Assembly: GCA_027044945.1 (NCBI GenBank)
Contig: JALUBK010000038.1
Span: 8,635-72,634, forward strand
Direction: 5' to 3'
Origin: Campylobacterales bacterium
Lineage (GTDB): Bacteria; Campylobacterota; Campylobacteria; Campylobacterales; JALSKU01
DNA length: 64,000 bases
Within the stretch, counting starts at the first letter, position 1; each line of letters begins with the position of its first letter. The notes under the pieces were generated by a model. It was not told the origin of the DNA. It searched no databases and worked only from the letters and a program-made list of their open reading frames with translations. A program made the position numbers and the translations under genes. Positions 20,112-31,973 of the stretch are shown here, in pieces.

Positions 20112-21229
20112 AGCATATTTGCAAATTGTTTAAATATGTATTTACTGTCATGAGGACCCGGACTGGCTTCTGGATGATGTTGCACTGAAAAAATAGGATA
20201 ATTTTTATATTTCAATCCTTCTATCGTTTGATCAAACAAATTAACATGTGTTATCTTCGCTATTTCACATATTTCATTAGGAACATTATAATTATGATTT
20301 TGTGCTGTAATTTCAACAATTTTACTTTCAAGATTTATAACAGGATGATTTCCTCCGTGTTGTCCAAATTTAAGCTTATAAGTAGGATAACCTTGCGCTA
20401 TACTTAAAAGTTGATGCCCTAAACAAATAGCAAACATTGGAACTTTTGCTTCAATAAGTTTTTTTATTTCTGCGACTTCATTTTTTAATACCAAAGGATC
20501 TCCGGGACCATTTGATAAAAATACACCTTTTATCTCATTATTTTTATATCTTTGTATGATATTTTCTGCACTAAAATCATGAGGAACAACTTCCACTTCC
20601 AATCCAACTTCACTTAATTCATTTAAAATATTTTTTTTAATACCAAAATCTATGGCAATTATTTTTTTCTCTTTTTTTATCTTTTCATTATATGACATTG
20701 TTTTATGGTTCCAAGCACCTTTATCATGAATGTATGTTTTTTTTGTGCTTACTTCTTTGATATAGTTTATCTCTTCAATTCTAGGAGAGTGTTCAAGCAT
20801 TTGCTTTAACTCTTTTTTATCTGAAATTTCAGTAGAGGCTATCATCATCAAAGATCCATTATCTCTAATAGTTTTAGTTAAAATTCTTGTATCTATATTA
20901 CAAATTCCCATAGCATTATGTTTTATCAAAAAATTATCCAAAGATTCTTCTGCTCTAAAATTTGAATATCTTTTTTGATAATTTCTAACAATAACACCAC
21001 TGGCATAAATACAATCGCTTTCCAAATCATTTTTATTGCAACCTACATTTCCAATTTCAGGCATAGTAAAAACTATAAATTGCCCTGCATAACTAGGATC
21101 ACTGATGATCTCTTGATATCCGCTCATGGAAGTATTAAAAACTATTTCACCCGTTTTAGTTCCTTTGCTCCCAAAACTATTTGCTTCAAAAAAAAGTCCA
21201 TTTTCAATATATAACCATACTTTTTGCAT
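20108..21229 (-). CDS. carA: Carbamoyl-phosphate synthase small (glutamine amidotransferase) subunit
   Basis: 373 aa; TGYQE..TDPSY.GQ motif, GATase catalytic ICLGHQ and HHPE. Confidence 0.95.
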   Translation of the reverse strand: MQKVWLYIENGLFFEANSFGSKGTKTGEIVFNTSMSGYQEIISDPSYAGQFIVFTMPEIGNVGCNKNDLESDCIYASGVIVRNYQKRYSNFRAEESLDNFLIKHNAMGICNIDTRILTKTIRDNGSLMMIASTEISDKKELKQMLEHSPRIEEINYIKEVSTKKTYIHDKGAWNHKTMSYNEKIKKEKKIIAIDFGIKKNILNELSEVGLEVEVVPHDFSAENIIQRYKNNEIKGVFLSNGPGDPLVLKNEVAEIKKLIEAKVPMFAICLGHQLLSIAQGYPTYKLKFGQHGGNHPVINLESKIVEITAQNHNYNVPNEICEIAKITHVNLFDQTIEGLKYKNYPIFSVQHHPEASPGPHDSKYIFKQFANML

Positions 21230-21230
21230 T

Positions 21231-21788
21231 TTACATCATCCCTATTTTTCTAAGCTCTTCTTGATAAAGTTTTTCAAAAACAATAGAATATTCATCGCTT
21301 CCTGGTATTAATTTTCTTTTGTAATTTCTTATCTTGTCTAGCACAATATCTTCAATATCTTCAAATCTATCCAAATACATTTCTATAGAATTAAAAATAA
21401 TATTTTTCACTCTATTGTCTGAAACATTAAATTCTATTAAATCATTTTGAATAAGCCCATCTAAAATCAAATGTGCTACATTGTTATATCTATCTTCTTT
21501 TGAAAGAATTACACCATATTCATTAGCTAATTTCTTTTTAATAAGCCAAAACATATTTCTTTGATCAACTTGCATAAAATCCATTTTATCTTCATTTTCG
21601 TCCATAATCTCATAAACTCTTTCTTCTAAAACAAGTTCTTTTTGCATATCTTCTTCTAAAATATTTTGTGCTATTTTAGCCACTGGTTCAACACCTTCTA
21701 TCATTTTTATAAAAGATGTGTTTAATAAATCTATTGATATTTTATTTGCTACATAAGGAGCATGAGGTTTGCTTAGTTTCATTATCAA
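21231..21788 (-). CDS. Conserved hypothetical protein (DUF507-like; position equivalent to C. jejuni Cj1495c, from memory)
   Basis: 185 aa acidic soluble protein with no motif I can assign. The family call rests on synteny next to carA and my recollection of DUF507. Confidence 0.4.
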   Translation of the reverse strand: MIMKLSKPHAPYVANKISIDLLNTSFIKMIEGVEPVAKIAQNILEEDMQKELVLEERVYEIMDENEDKMDFMQVDQRNMFWLIKKKLANEYGVILSKEDRYNNVAHLILDGLIQNDLIEFNVSDNRVKNIIFNSIEMYLDRFEDIEDIVLDKIRNYKRKLIPGSDEYSIVFEKLYQEELRKIGMM

Positions 21789-21843
21789 AAACCTTAATTA
21801 TTTTATTTTGATTTATTTTATCTAAATTTTTGTAAAGAGCTTA

Positions 21844-22356
21844 TTAAAATGGAGGACCTTTTAACAAAATATTTGTTATTTTAGATGCTTCTTGTGGAGG
21901 CATTTTTGCCATTATTTTTGATATTTTATTTGCTTCAAGATTAAAAAGTATTTTTGCAGCTTCGTTTGCTTTCATTGAAGAGAGTATTTGTGCAGCAGCA
22001 GAAGCTCTCATTTTTGAATAAGTCTCACTAATTTTATCATCTTTAGCTTTTTTAATAGCCTTTAGTAATTCTTTGTTTTCTTGAAGCATATTTTTAATAT
22101 TTGTTTCTTTTTGCTTAATTTGTATCAATGTAGCATTTATTTCTTTTTCTTTTTTTTCAAGCACTATTTTTTTCTTATCAAGAAGTGCATTCGTTGCAGC
22201 TCTTAAAGCATCATAAGCCTCTCTTGCATTATCTATTTGTTCTATTTTTTGTTCTAATTCACCTTTTCTTTGGTTGAAAATTTGATTACATTCATAAGTT
22301 TGATCAGCCGCAAATAATGTCTTTAAACAAAATAAAAAAATAATTATTTTTTTCAT
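21844..22356 (-). CDS. Secreted coiled-coil protein with a MgtE_N / MotE-like domain (Cj1496c-like)
   Basis: 170 aa with signal peptide MKKIIIFLFCLKTLFA and a coiled-coil middle. The C-terminal region SAAAQILSSMKANEAAKILFNLEANKISKIMAKMPPQEASKIT resembles the MgtE N-terminal / FlbB / MotE repeat. Its start overlaps the upstream gene's stop by 4 nt. Confidence 0.5.
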   Translation of the reverse strand: MKKIIIFLFCLKTLFAADQTYECNQIFNQRKGELEQKIEQIDNAREAYDALRAATNALLDKKKIVLEKKEKEINATLIQIKQKETNIKNMLQENKELLKAIKKAKDDKISETYSKMRASAAAQILSSMKANEAAKILFNLEANKISKIMAKMPPQEASKITNILLKGPPF

Positions 22357-22865
22357 GATATTTTCTCTAATAATTTTAATAATCCATTTATAAGATCTAT
22401 CGGCTCAGGAGGACAACCTTTGATCCATAAATCAACTTTTACATCACTCATGATTCCATCTTTTATAGCATAAGAATCCTTAAAAACTCCTCCATCCATT
22501 GTGCAATCTCCGACTGCTATAACATATTTTGGATTTGGAGTTAATTCGTATGCATTATGCAAAGGATACTCCATGGCTTTAGTCAAAGGACCTGTTATCA
22601 TCAAAGCATCTGCAAATTTTGGAGAAGGCACAAAAGAAATTCCAAATCTTTCAAGATTATAATACGGATTTGAAAGAGCATTTATTTCTACTTCACAAGC
22701 ATTACAACTTCCTGTGTCAATTTCTCTTATAAAAAAACTTCTCTTAAAACTTTTATTTATTGAATCTTTTAATTTTTTTCCTAAAATTTCTATATTTTCA
22801 TTTGTAAATTCCAAATCTTCAGTCAAAATTTTATTTTTAAATCTTATTTTTGCTATATCTATCAT
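22353..22865 (-). CDS. NuoB / HycG / HyfI-like small subunit, [4Fe-4S] ligands retained
   Basis: 170 aa. Four cluster cysteines are in canonical contexts: TGSCNACEVE (C54, C57), GDCT (C121), GCPP (C151). GAGGAG Shine-Dalgarno 5 nt upstream. Confidence 0.85.
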   Translation of the reverse strand: MIDIAKIRFKNKILTEDLEFTNENIEILGKKLKDSINKSFKRSFFIREIDTGSCNACEVEINALSNPYYNLERFGISFVPSPKFADALMITGPLTKAMEYPLHNAYELTPNPKYVIAVGDCTMDGGVFKDSYAIKDGIMSDVKVDLWIKGCPPEPIDLINGLLKLLEKIS

Positions 22866-22888
22866 TTTAGCTCCTCAACTCTATTATT

Positions 22889-24409
22889 CTAAAGGTCATT
22901 GCCCGCATAACTCAAACTTAAACTTTTATTAACAAGCGGAAAATCACCTATAACATCACCTAAAACTGCAAATTGTATACTTTGCCAATTCATAAAAGAT
23001 GGATCTCTTGGCTTAAATCTAACAATTTTTTTATCTTTTATTTTAACATAAATAGATATATTACCTCTACTGCTTTCACTGTATCCAAAAGTTTCCCCAT
23101 CTTTAATCTCTCCAACTACTCTAAGCTCTGGATTTTTAATTTGTGAAAGATAATCAAAACAAACATTTAAAATATAAAAGCTATTTTTTATATCGGAAAT
23201 TTTTACTTTTATTCTATCATATACATCTCCCTCTTTTTGAACCATTGAATTAAAATCTATATTATCATAAATTAAATATGGATGTTCTTTTCTAAAATCG
23301 CTTTTTCTCCCACTCCCTCTTGCAGTAAAACCAACACAAGAAAGTTCTTTTATTGTATCTTTTTTTATTCTTCCTGTTGTTTCGAGTCTTTCCAAAATAG
23401 AAGCTGATTTGTGCAAAATTTCTACCCATTTGTCAAATTTTTTTTCAATTTTCGATAAAAGTTTTAAACAATTTTTTGTATCAACTATAATATTTTTACC
23501 AACACCGCCAATAACAATAAAATCTTTAAAAAATCTATTTCCGCTTAATTTTTTAATAATTCTCATGATTTCTTCTTTTAAGGCTGAAATACCAGCAGAG
23601 CCAAAACTATATCCCGCATCTTGAAAAATTCCAGATACATCAGAAAGCAAACAAGAAATTCTTTCAAATTCAGCACCAATTACTCGTAAATATTTAGCTG
23701 ATTTTGAAACTTTTATATTTGATATTTTTTCAACTGCCATAGCATATGCAAGAGAATAAGAAAGTGCATTATCTCCAGAAATTCTTTCGCTTATTTTTAA
23801 AACTTCATCTATGCTTTTGCCAACACATAATTTTTCTATCCCTCTGTGAGTATAAAAATGTCTAATTTCTAATTGTAAAATAGGCTCTCCGGACATTCCA
23901 AATCTAAAATGACCCGGTTCAATAACACCTGCATGAATTGGACCAACCAAAACAGTATAAACCCCTTCACTTGTTATATCTTTTGTTTTGTATTCTTTAT
24001 AAGTTTTTGGAACTTCATCAATAGAATTTTTAAAAGGGTGAAAATTTTCTGGATACACTTCACTATGCAAGCATAAACTTCTAAGATCAGGATGGTTTAA
24101 AGGTTTATATCCAAAAAGATCATATATTTCTCTTTCAAACCAATTAAGAGCTGGTATTTTTGATGCTAAACTTTCGAAAGAATTATCCTTAACCTCTTGT
24201 TCTAAAAGAAAAAAATAATCCTTTTCTTTATAAGCATATAAATATTTTATTTTGTTTCCATCTGCAAAAGCATTACATAAATCACAATCCAAATCATTGA
24301 AAATAAATAAAGATAAAGATGACAAATTATCTGTTTTTATTTTTATAAGATTATCAACCTCAACAAAATCTTTGATATAATAATCAACTCTTTTAAATAA
24401 ATTTTTCAT
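22889..24409 (-). CDS. Fused NuoC-NuoD / HycE / HyfG-like large subunit lacking the NiFe-binding cysteines
   Basis: 506 aa. NuoC-like block NWFEREIYDLFGY.P.NHPD. Large-subunit block GPIHAGVIEPGHFRF...LEIRHFYTHRGIEKL. The L1 position reads ERISGDNALSYS (expected R.CG.C...H). The C-terminus reads SLSLSYAGNDL (expected DPC..C..R/H). No Cys occurs in the last 89 residues. Confidence 0.85.
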   Translation of the reverse strand: MKNLFKRVDYYIKDFVEVDNLIKIKTDNLSSLSLFIFNDLDCDLCNAFADGNKIKYLYAYKEKDYFFLLEQEVKDNSFESLASKIPALNWFEREIYDLFGYKPLNHPDLRSLCLHSEVYPENFHPFKNSIDEVPKTYKEYKTKDITSEGVYTVLVGPIHAGVIEPGHFRFGMSGEPILQLEIRHFYTHRGIEKLCVGKSIDEVLKISERISGDNALSYSLAYAMAVEKISNIKVSKSAKYLRVIGAEFERISCLLSDVSGIFQDAGYSFGSAGISALKEEIMRIIKKLSGNRFFKDFIVIGGVGKNIIVDTKNCLKLLSKIEKKFDKWVEILHKSASILERLETTGRIKKDTIKELSCVGFTARGSGRKSDFRKEHPYLIYDNIDFNSMVQKEGDVYDRIKVKISDIKNSFYILNVCFDYLSQIKNPELRVVGEIKDGETFGYSESSRGNISIYVKIKDKKIVRFKPRDPSFMNWQSIQFAVLGDVIGDFPLVNKSLSLSYAGNDL

Positions 24410-25848
24410 CCCGAGATAACCTCCACTGCTTTTTGCATAAGATTTTGCATACCATCTGGTATATTAATACCAAGATATAGCATAACTGCCACAAGAAGAA
24501 ACATTGACCAATCCATCCATTCGCTACTTTTTTTGCTTTCGGTAGTATCACCCATAAGCATATAAGAAAAAAGATATACAAAACCACCAAAAATAACAAC
24601 TAAACAAAATAATATAAAAAATATCTCCCAATACAAATGTGCTTTAAAAGCTGAAACAATAATCAAAAATTCACTGGCAAACATATTAAAAGGAGGCATT
24701 CCGGTAATCCCCAATACTCCTATGCTCACCAATAATGCAGTCAATGGCATACTTTTATAAAGTCCTCTTATAGAAAAAATATCCCTTGTATGAAAATTAA
24801 CCAATATCTCTCCAACACTTGAAAACATCAATCCCTTAGCAAAGGCATGATTTATCAAATGAAATAAACCAGCAAAAGCACCTATTTTATTGCCTATACC
24901 AAAAGCAAATGCTATAAGGCCCATGTGTTCCATTGAAGAATAAGCTAATAATCGTTTATAATCTTTTTGCCGAACAATAGAAATCGTCGCTATAAAGACT
25001 GTAAGCAATCCTATAAAAAGAAGTAACGAAGAAGCAAAATGCTCTATTGAAGTCCTATCTATCACCGCTTTTAACCTTAAGATAACATAAAATGCAGAAC
25101 TAAGCAAAACTCCACTCATCAAAGCACTAGTAGGGGTAGGAGACTGAGAGTGAGCGTTTGGTAACCATGAATGCATAGGAGCAAGTCCTGCTTTGGTTCC
25201 AAAACCAACCAAAAAAAGAACAAAAGCCATTTTTAAAAGAGATGGATTAAGTTGTTTGCCTATTGCTATAATATTTGTCCAATCAAGAGCAGACATACCT
25301 TCTCCTAATATATGATATGTCGCAAAATAAAGTGTAATAACACCAAAAAGACCAATAGCTATACCAAATGAACAAATGATAATATATTGCCAAGAAGCTT
25401 TTATGGCATCTTTCGTATTATAAAAACCTATCAAAAATGTTGTAGATAGTGTTGTGCCTTCTATGGCTATCCAAACTATGCCAAAATTATTAGATAATAA
25501 AACTAAACTCATGCAAAATACAAAAAGATTCATCCAAAAATAAAATACTTTGATTTTTTCCTCTTTTAAACCATTTTCAAACTCTTTTTTCATGTAACCT
25601 ACTGAATATACAGATACACAAAAAAATAAAAATAAAAGTGCAGTCAATATAAGAGCATTTAACGAATCCAAAAATAAAAAATGATTTAATTCAAAAATAA
25701 TATCTTTATGCAAAACTGTTTTCATTTTATCAAATGATATAAAAAAGAGTATAAGTGATATAAAAATTTGTGTTATATATGTAATTTTTAAAGAAATAAA
25801 TCTTGTAATCACAGCCCAAACAAGTTCAATAATTAATATGCTTAACAC
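24406..25848 (-). CDS. HyfF / NuoM-N-like antiporter-type membrane subunit
   Basis: Polytopic protein with the Mrp/NuoMN signature region (GTKAGLAPMHSWLPNAHSQSPTP.SALMSG). Start re-assigned to the GTG at 25848, preceded by AAGGAG with a 7-nt spacer. The track ATG at 25884 would overlap the upstream gene by 32 nt. Confidence 0.85.
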   Translation of the reverse strand: MLSILIIELVWAVITRFISLKITYITQIFISLILFFISFDKMKTVLHKDIIFELNHFLFLDSLNALILTALLFLFFCVSVYSVGYMKKEFENGLKEEKIKVFYFWMNLFVFCMSLVLLSNNFGIVWIAIEGTTLSTTFLIGFYNTKDAIKASWQYIIICSFGIAIGLFGVITLYFATYHILGEGMSALDWTNIIAIGKQLNPSLLKMAFVLFLVGFGTKAGLAPMHSWLPNAHSQSPTPTSALMSGVLLSSAFYVILRLKAVIDRTSIEHFASSLLLFIGLLTVFIATISIVRQKDYKRLLAYSSMEHMGLIAFAFGIGNKIGAFAGLFHLINHAFAKGLMFSSVGEILVNFHTRDIFSIRGLYKSMPLTALLVSIGVLGITGMPPFNMFASEFLIIVSAFKAHLYWEIFFILFCLVVIFGGFVYLFSYMLMGDTTESKKSSEWMDWSMFLLVAVMLYLGINIPDGMQNLMQKAVEVISG

Positions 25849-25852
25849 TATA

Positions 25853-26503
25853 TTACTCCTTAAAATTTGTAATACTATTTTCATCTATATCATCTTCATT
25901 TTGACTGATATGATGAATAATAATCGAAGCCATGGTAACTCCAACAACAACATCAAAGAAAATCCCTATTTCTACAACAAGTGGCATTCCATATGTAACA
26001 GAAGTAGCAACAAGCATAATGCCATTTTCTAAAGTTAAAAAACCAATTAATTGTGTTATAGGTTTTTTTCTTGAAACCATAATAAATGCACCTATAAAAA
26101 TAATCGATAATGAAATAGGAAATATTTGCTTTGATATAATTGTTCCACCAATATGAATATATCTTGTTAATAAAAATGAACTAATAATAATTACAGCTAT
26201 AATCATTAATGAATTTGTTATATTTATATAAGTTTTAATTTCTCTTTGTATATTCATTTCATCAATTGCTTTAAAAAGTGCATAAGGGATAATAATTCCC
26301 TTAATTACCAATGTCAAAAATGAACTCATATATAAATCAGCAGAACCGCTATATATAGCAGTGCCAAGTATAGCAAATGCAACAAAGAAAGATTGCAAGG
26401 CATATACTCTAACAGAAAAATACAATCTATCGCTTGTAATTTGTAAGATAGAAAGCATTAAAACAAAAGAACCTAAAAGCTCTATAAAATTAGAAAACAC
26501 CAA
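25853..26503 (-). CDS. HyfE-like small membrane subunit (NuoK-related)
   Basis: 216 aa, the same length as I recall for E. coli HyfE (unverified). Multi-TM protein. GTG start with a perfect AAGGAGG 5 nt upstream. Confidence 0.75.
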   Translation of the reverse strand: MVFSNFIELLGSFVLMLSILQITSDRLYFSVRVYALQSFFVAFAILGTAIYSGSADLYMSSFLTLVIKGIIIPYALFKAIDEMNIQREIKTYINITNSLMIIAVIIISSFLLTRYIHIGGTIISKQIFPISLSIIFIGAFIMVSRKKPITQLIGFLTLENGIMLVATSVTYGMPLVVEIGIFFDVVVGVTMASIIIHHISQNEDDIDENSITNFKE

Positions 26504-26510
26504 AACCTCC

Positions 26511-27446
26511 TTAAAGCCTGTAAATTATCATAGATATTAAAGACAATACAAAAGCAAACATCATAATATCTGAAATTCTAAAATATCTTAATTTTGCCAA
26601 TGTTAATTCGCCAATACTTATTATAATAGCAAGAGTTGACACTTTTAAAAAATATATAAAAATACCAAATAAAATTGCCCAAAAACTATTTGTTTGATAA
26701 AAGCCAAAAGGCATAAATATAGTAGAAAATAGAGTTAAAAAAATACCTGTTTTTACACAAGAACCTATTTCCAAAAGTGCCAAATTTCTACCAGATGCAT
26801 CTAATATCATCGCTTCATGAATCATTGTTAGCTCTAAATGTGTTTCAGGATTATCTATCGGAATTCTACCCGCTTCAGCTATTGTCACAAAATAAAGTGC
26901 TATAAGAGCCATGATAGAAGATACAGGATATTTTATAAATATATCTCCATGAATTTTATCAAAAATATTAGCAATATTACTAGAATCACTTTGAAGAGCA
27001 AAAGTAAAAATTACCATTATCAGTGTAGGCTCCGCCAAAGAGCCAACAAACATTTCTCTACTGCTTCCAAGTCCTCCAAAAGATGAACCTTGATCAAATC
27101 CATAAAGAGCTAAAAAAAATGTTCCTAATGCTAAAATATAAACTAAAGCTATAATATCCCCACTAAATCCAAGCAAAGTTTTATCGCTAAAAACGGAGAA
27201 AAACCCAGCTACTGTGATAGGAACTATTGCTACAATAAATGGTGCAATAATAGATATATAAGAAGCATCACTTGATAAAACAACTTCTTTTTGAAAAAGT
27301 TTATATATATCAAAATATGCTTGAAAAAAAGATGGCCCTTTTGCCCCTCTTAAAAAAGATTTTGTTTTATGCATAAGAGTAATCAAAAATGGGGACAATA
27401 AAACAATAACTAAAAATTGTATTAATGCAATAATAAAATTATTCAT
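26511..27446 (-). CDS. HyfC / HycD / NuoH-like membrane subunit
   Basis: 311 aa polytopic protein. NuoH-family-like loop GRIPID.PE...EL.MIHEAM and position after the HyfB-like gene. Confidence 0.8.
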   Translation of the reverse strand: MNNFIIALIQFLVIVLLSPFLITLMHKTKSFLRGAKGPSFFQAYFDIYKLFQKEVVLSSDASYISIIAPFIVAIVPITVAGFFSVFSDKTLLGFSGDIIALVYILALGTFFLALYGFDQGSSFGGLGSSREMFVGSLAEPTLIMVIFTFALQSDSSNIANIFDKIHGDIFIKYPVSSIMALIALYFVTIAEAGRIPIDNPETHLELTMIHEAMILDASGRNLALLEIGSCVKTGIFLTLFSTIFMPFGFYQTNSFWAILFGIFIYFLKVSTLAIIISIGELTLAKLRYFRISDIMMFAFVLSLISMIIYRL

Positions 27447-27447
27447 C

Positions 27448-29433
27448 TTAATTTCCTTTTATGCTATAAAATAATAAAGAAATAACAGCAATAAGTATAT
27501 ATAAAATATACATATGAGTTGAATTATTTTCAACTTTTTTATATATAAAATAACTGGTTTTCATAAAAGCTTTTGTTAATAAATCATATATTTTTTCTAC
27601 ACTATCACTTGAATGTGCCTTATACTCCAATTTTGGGAAAAAATATTTTTTCTTGTTTTCTACTTTATATACTTTTTCTTCTGGATTATAAAAAAATGCA
27701 AAAACTTTTCTTATCGGTTGGGAAAAACCACTGGCACTATATTGACTTCTTGGAGTAATATTTTTTTGCCCACAACCCCAAGTAGAACACATTCTTGTTT
27801 TTGTATTTGCAAATTTTTTGATAAAAAGATAAACAGTTGCTCCAAGAAAAAAAGATGCCAACAATAATCCAATAGGAGATATATGGCCAAATGAATAATT
27901 TGGTGTTGAAACAATAAATACATGAGAAGATGCATATTCTTGAATTGGAATATTAAACAAAAGATGAGTTATAGGAGAAACAAAATATATAACAATATTT
28001 GGGAAAAGTCCAAATATCGCACACATTAATGCCAAAAACCCCATACTATAAAGCATATATTTTCCAACTTCTTTGCTCTTGGCAGCACTCTTGCTTTTAC
28101 TTTTACCTAAGAAAGAAACACCTATAACTTTTACAAAACAAGCTGCTGCAAAAGCTCCTGTCAAAGCAAGCATAGAAGCAAACAATGGCACAAATACATG
28201 AATAATATTCAAATCAATTTTATTACTTAGCAATAAAGATTGATAAGTTAGCCATTCACTAACGAAACCATTAAATGGAGGAAGTGCTGATATGGAAATA
28301 GAGCCTATGATAAAAAATAATGAAGTCCAAGGCATCAACTTTATAAGTCCGCCATATTGTTCCATGTCTTTAGTATGAGTTCTAAGCAAAATTGAACCTG
28401 CCCCCATAAAAAGCAATCCTTTGAAAATTGCATGATTGTATGTATGGAAAAGTGCAGCCAAAAGAGCAAATGCAGCTAAAATCTTATAGTTATAAGAGTA
28501 AAAAAGCATACTACTTCCAAGCCCTAATAATATAATTCCGATATTTTCTATACTATGATAAGCAAGAAGTTTTTTTAAATCGTGCTGAGCTAAAGCATAC
28601 ATAACTCCAAATAAAGCCGATAATGAACCTAAAATCAAAACTATAAAACCATACCACCAAGGGATAGAATCAAAAAAGTATAAATAAAATCTAACAAACA
28701 TATAAATAGCTGTTTTTATCATCACTCCACTCATGAGCGCTGATACATTTGATGGGGCAACAGGATGTGCATGTGGCAACCAAACATGAAGAGGAAACAT
28801 GCCTGCTTTTGTTCCAAAACCAATAAGAACAAACAAAAAAACTAAAAATTTTGTAGTAGGATCTAAACTAACATGGCACCAATGGCTAAACTCAAATGAT
28901 CCTGTTTTTAAATACATAAGAACAAAAGCAGAAACAATAAAGGCAGTTCCAAGATGTGTCATAAATATATAAATAAATCCACCACTTCTGTTTTCATCCT
29001 TTTTATAATCGTAAATAACAAGAAAAAATGATAAAGTTGACATAAGCTCCCAAAATATTACAAAAGAAAAAGCATTTGCACTACTAACAACAAAAATCAA
29101 GGAAGCAATAAAAGATGTATATATGAAAGAAAAAAGTCTTTTATGATGATAATCTTCGTCAAAAATATAATTTAATGAGTAAATCGACACAGCAAAAGAA
29201 AGTGTTGAAATGATCATAACAAAAAATAAACAAAGTGCATCCAAGTTAAAAGAAAAATTTAAAAATGGAATATTAGAATGAAAAAAAGTGCCCGTTATTG
29301 TTTTGCCACTCATTAACAATATAACACTATAAATAAATAGTGTTAAACTACTAAAAACCTGAACGATCAAAGATAATTTAGGTTTTATAAAAAACAATAT
29401 TGGCAATATTGTTAATATTATGAAAAATGTCAT
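27448..29433 (-). CDS. HyfB / HycC / NuoL-like antiporter-type membrane subunit
   Basis: 661 aa. Signature GTKAGMFPLHVWLPHAHPVAPSNVSALMSGVMIK and LLAYHSIENIGIILLG. The ATG overlaps the stop of the upstream fliJ-like gene (ATGA), with AGGAG 7 nt upstream. Confidence 0.88.
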   Translation of the reverse strand: MTFFIILTILPILFFIKPKLSLIVQVFSSLTLFIYSVILLMSGKTITGTFFHSNIPFLNFSFNLDALCLFFVMIISTLSFAVSIYSLNYIFDEDYHHKRLFSFIYTSFIASLIFVVSSANAFSFVIFWELMSTLSFFLVIYDYKKDENRSGGFIYIFMTHLGTAFIVSAFVLMYLKTGSFEFSHWCHVSLDPTTKFLVFLFVLIGFGTKAGMFPLHVWLPHAHPVAPSNVSALMSGVMIKTAIYMFVRFYLYFFDSIPWWYGFIVLILGSLSALFGVMYALAQHDLKKLLAYHSIENIGIILLGLGSSMLFYSYNYKILAAFALLAALFHTYNHAIFKGLLFMGAGSILLRTHTKDMEQYGGLIKLMPWTSLFFIIGSISISALPPFNGFVSEWLTYQSLLLSNKIDLNIIHVFVPLFASMLALTGAFAAACFVKVIGVSFLGKSKSKSAAKSKEVGKYMLYSMGFLALMCAIFGLFPNIVIYFVSPITHLLFNIPIQEYASSHVFIVSTPNYSFGHISPIGLLLASFFLGATVYLFIKKFANTKTRMCSTWGCGQKNITPRSQYSASGFSQPIRKVFAFFYNPEEKVYKVENKKKYFFPKLEYKAHSSDSVEKIYDLLTKAFMKTSYFIYKKVENNSTHMYILYILIAVISLLFYSIKGN

Positions 29434-29849
29434 ATTTTTCTCCTACTAAAATTCATAACAGAAATTTCATCAATCATTTTTTGTTCCTCTTTTTTATCTT
29501 TTTCTATTTTTTCTTTAATAATCAAATCCTCGAGATATTTAACCTTCTCAAATTCAATTAATGCAGTTTTATAATCTTTTTGCAGTTTTGATAATTTTTC
29601 TTTTTTTTGTATAAGCAAAAGCTGTTTTTCTTTTTTTGAATGAATAAGTGTTTCGAAAGAATAATTGTAAGCCATTATAATAGAAAATTTTCCACTCTTT
29701 GGACTTTTTAAAGATTTTATATCGTTTATTATTTTTTCTATTTCAAATTCGTTTTTTTTTATTTCTAAATTCAAGATAGTTATAGTATTCTCTATTGTTT
29801 CAATTTTTTGTTTTTTGATTTTTAACAATTGAGAATACTTTGTTTTCAT
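29430..29849 (-). CDS. FliJ-like coiled-coil protein (HP0256 / Cj1497c-like, from memory)
   Basis: 139 aa, all-helical and Lys/Glu-rich. N-terminus is MKTKYSQLLKIKKQKIETIEN. It lies immediately downstream of purA, as I recall for H. pylori HP0255-HP0256. Confidence 0.45.
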   Translation of the reverse strand: MKTKYSQLLKIKKQKIETIENTITILNLEIKKNEFEIEKIINDIKSLKSPKSGKFSIIMAYNYSFETLIHSKKEKQLLLIQKKEKLSKLQKDYKTALIEFEKVKYLEDLIIKEKIEKDKKEEQKMIDEISVMNFSRRKI

Positions 29850-29866
29850 TTTTTGTTTAGTAACCC

Positions 29867-31969
<2,103 letters not shown>

Positions 31970-31973
<4 letters not shown>

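Noticed and set aside
24275-24286. A CxxC pair (DCDLC, residues 42-45) in the large-subunit homologue could be a relocated Ni-Fe ligand pair.
   Set aside because: - It lies in the N-terminal NuoC-like domain, far from the L1/L2 positions of the NuoD-like domain.
- A single pair could not replace the four ligands.
- It is kept in mind as a possible unrelated metal or redox site.
22353-29433. The Hyf-like cassette could be a recently acquired genomic island or mobile element.
   Set aside because: - There is no flanking tRNA, integrase, transposase or direct repeats.
- Base composition and codon style look the same as the neighbours.
- Both junctions are precise ATGA gene overlaps.
- If it was acquired, the event was not recent and no recognisable mobile element was involved.
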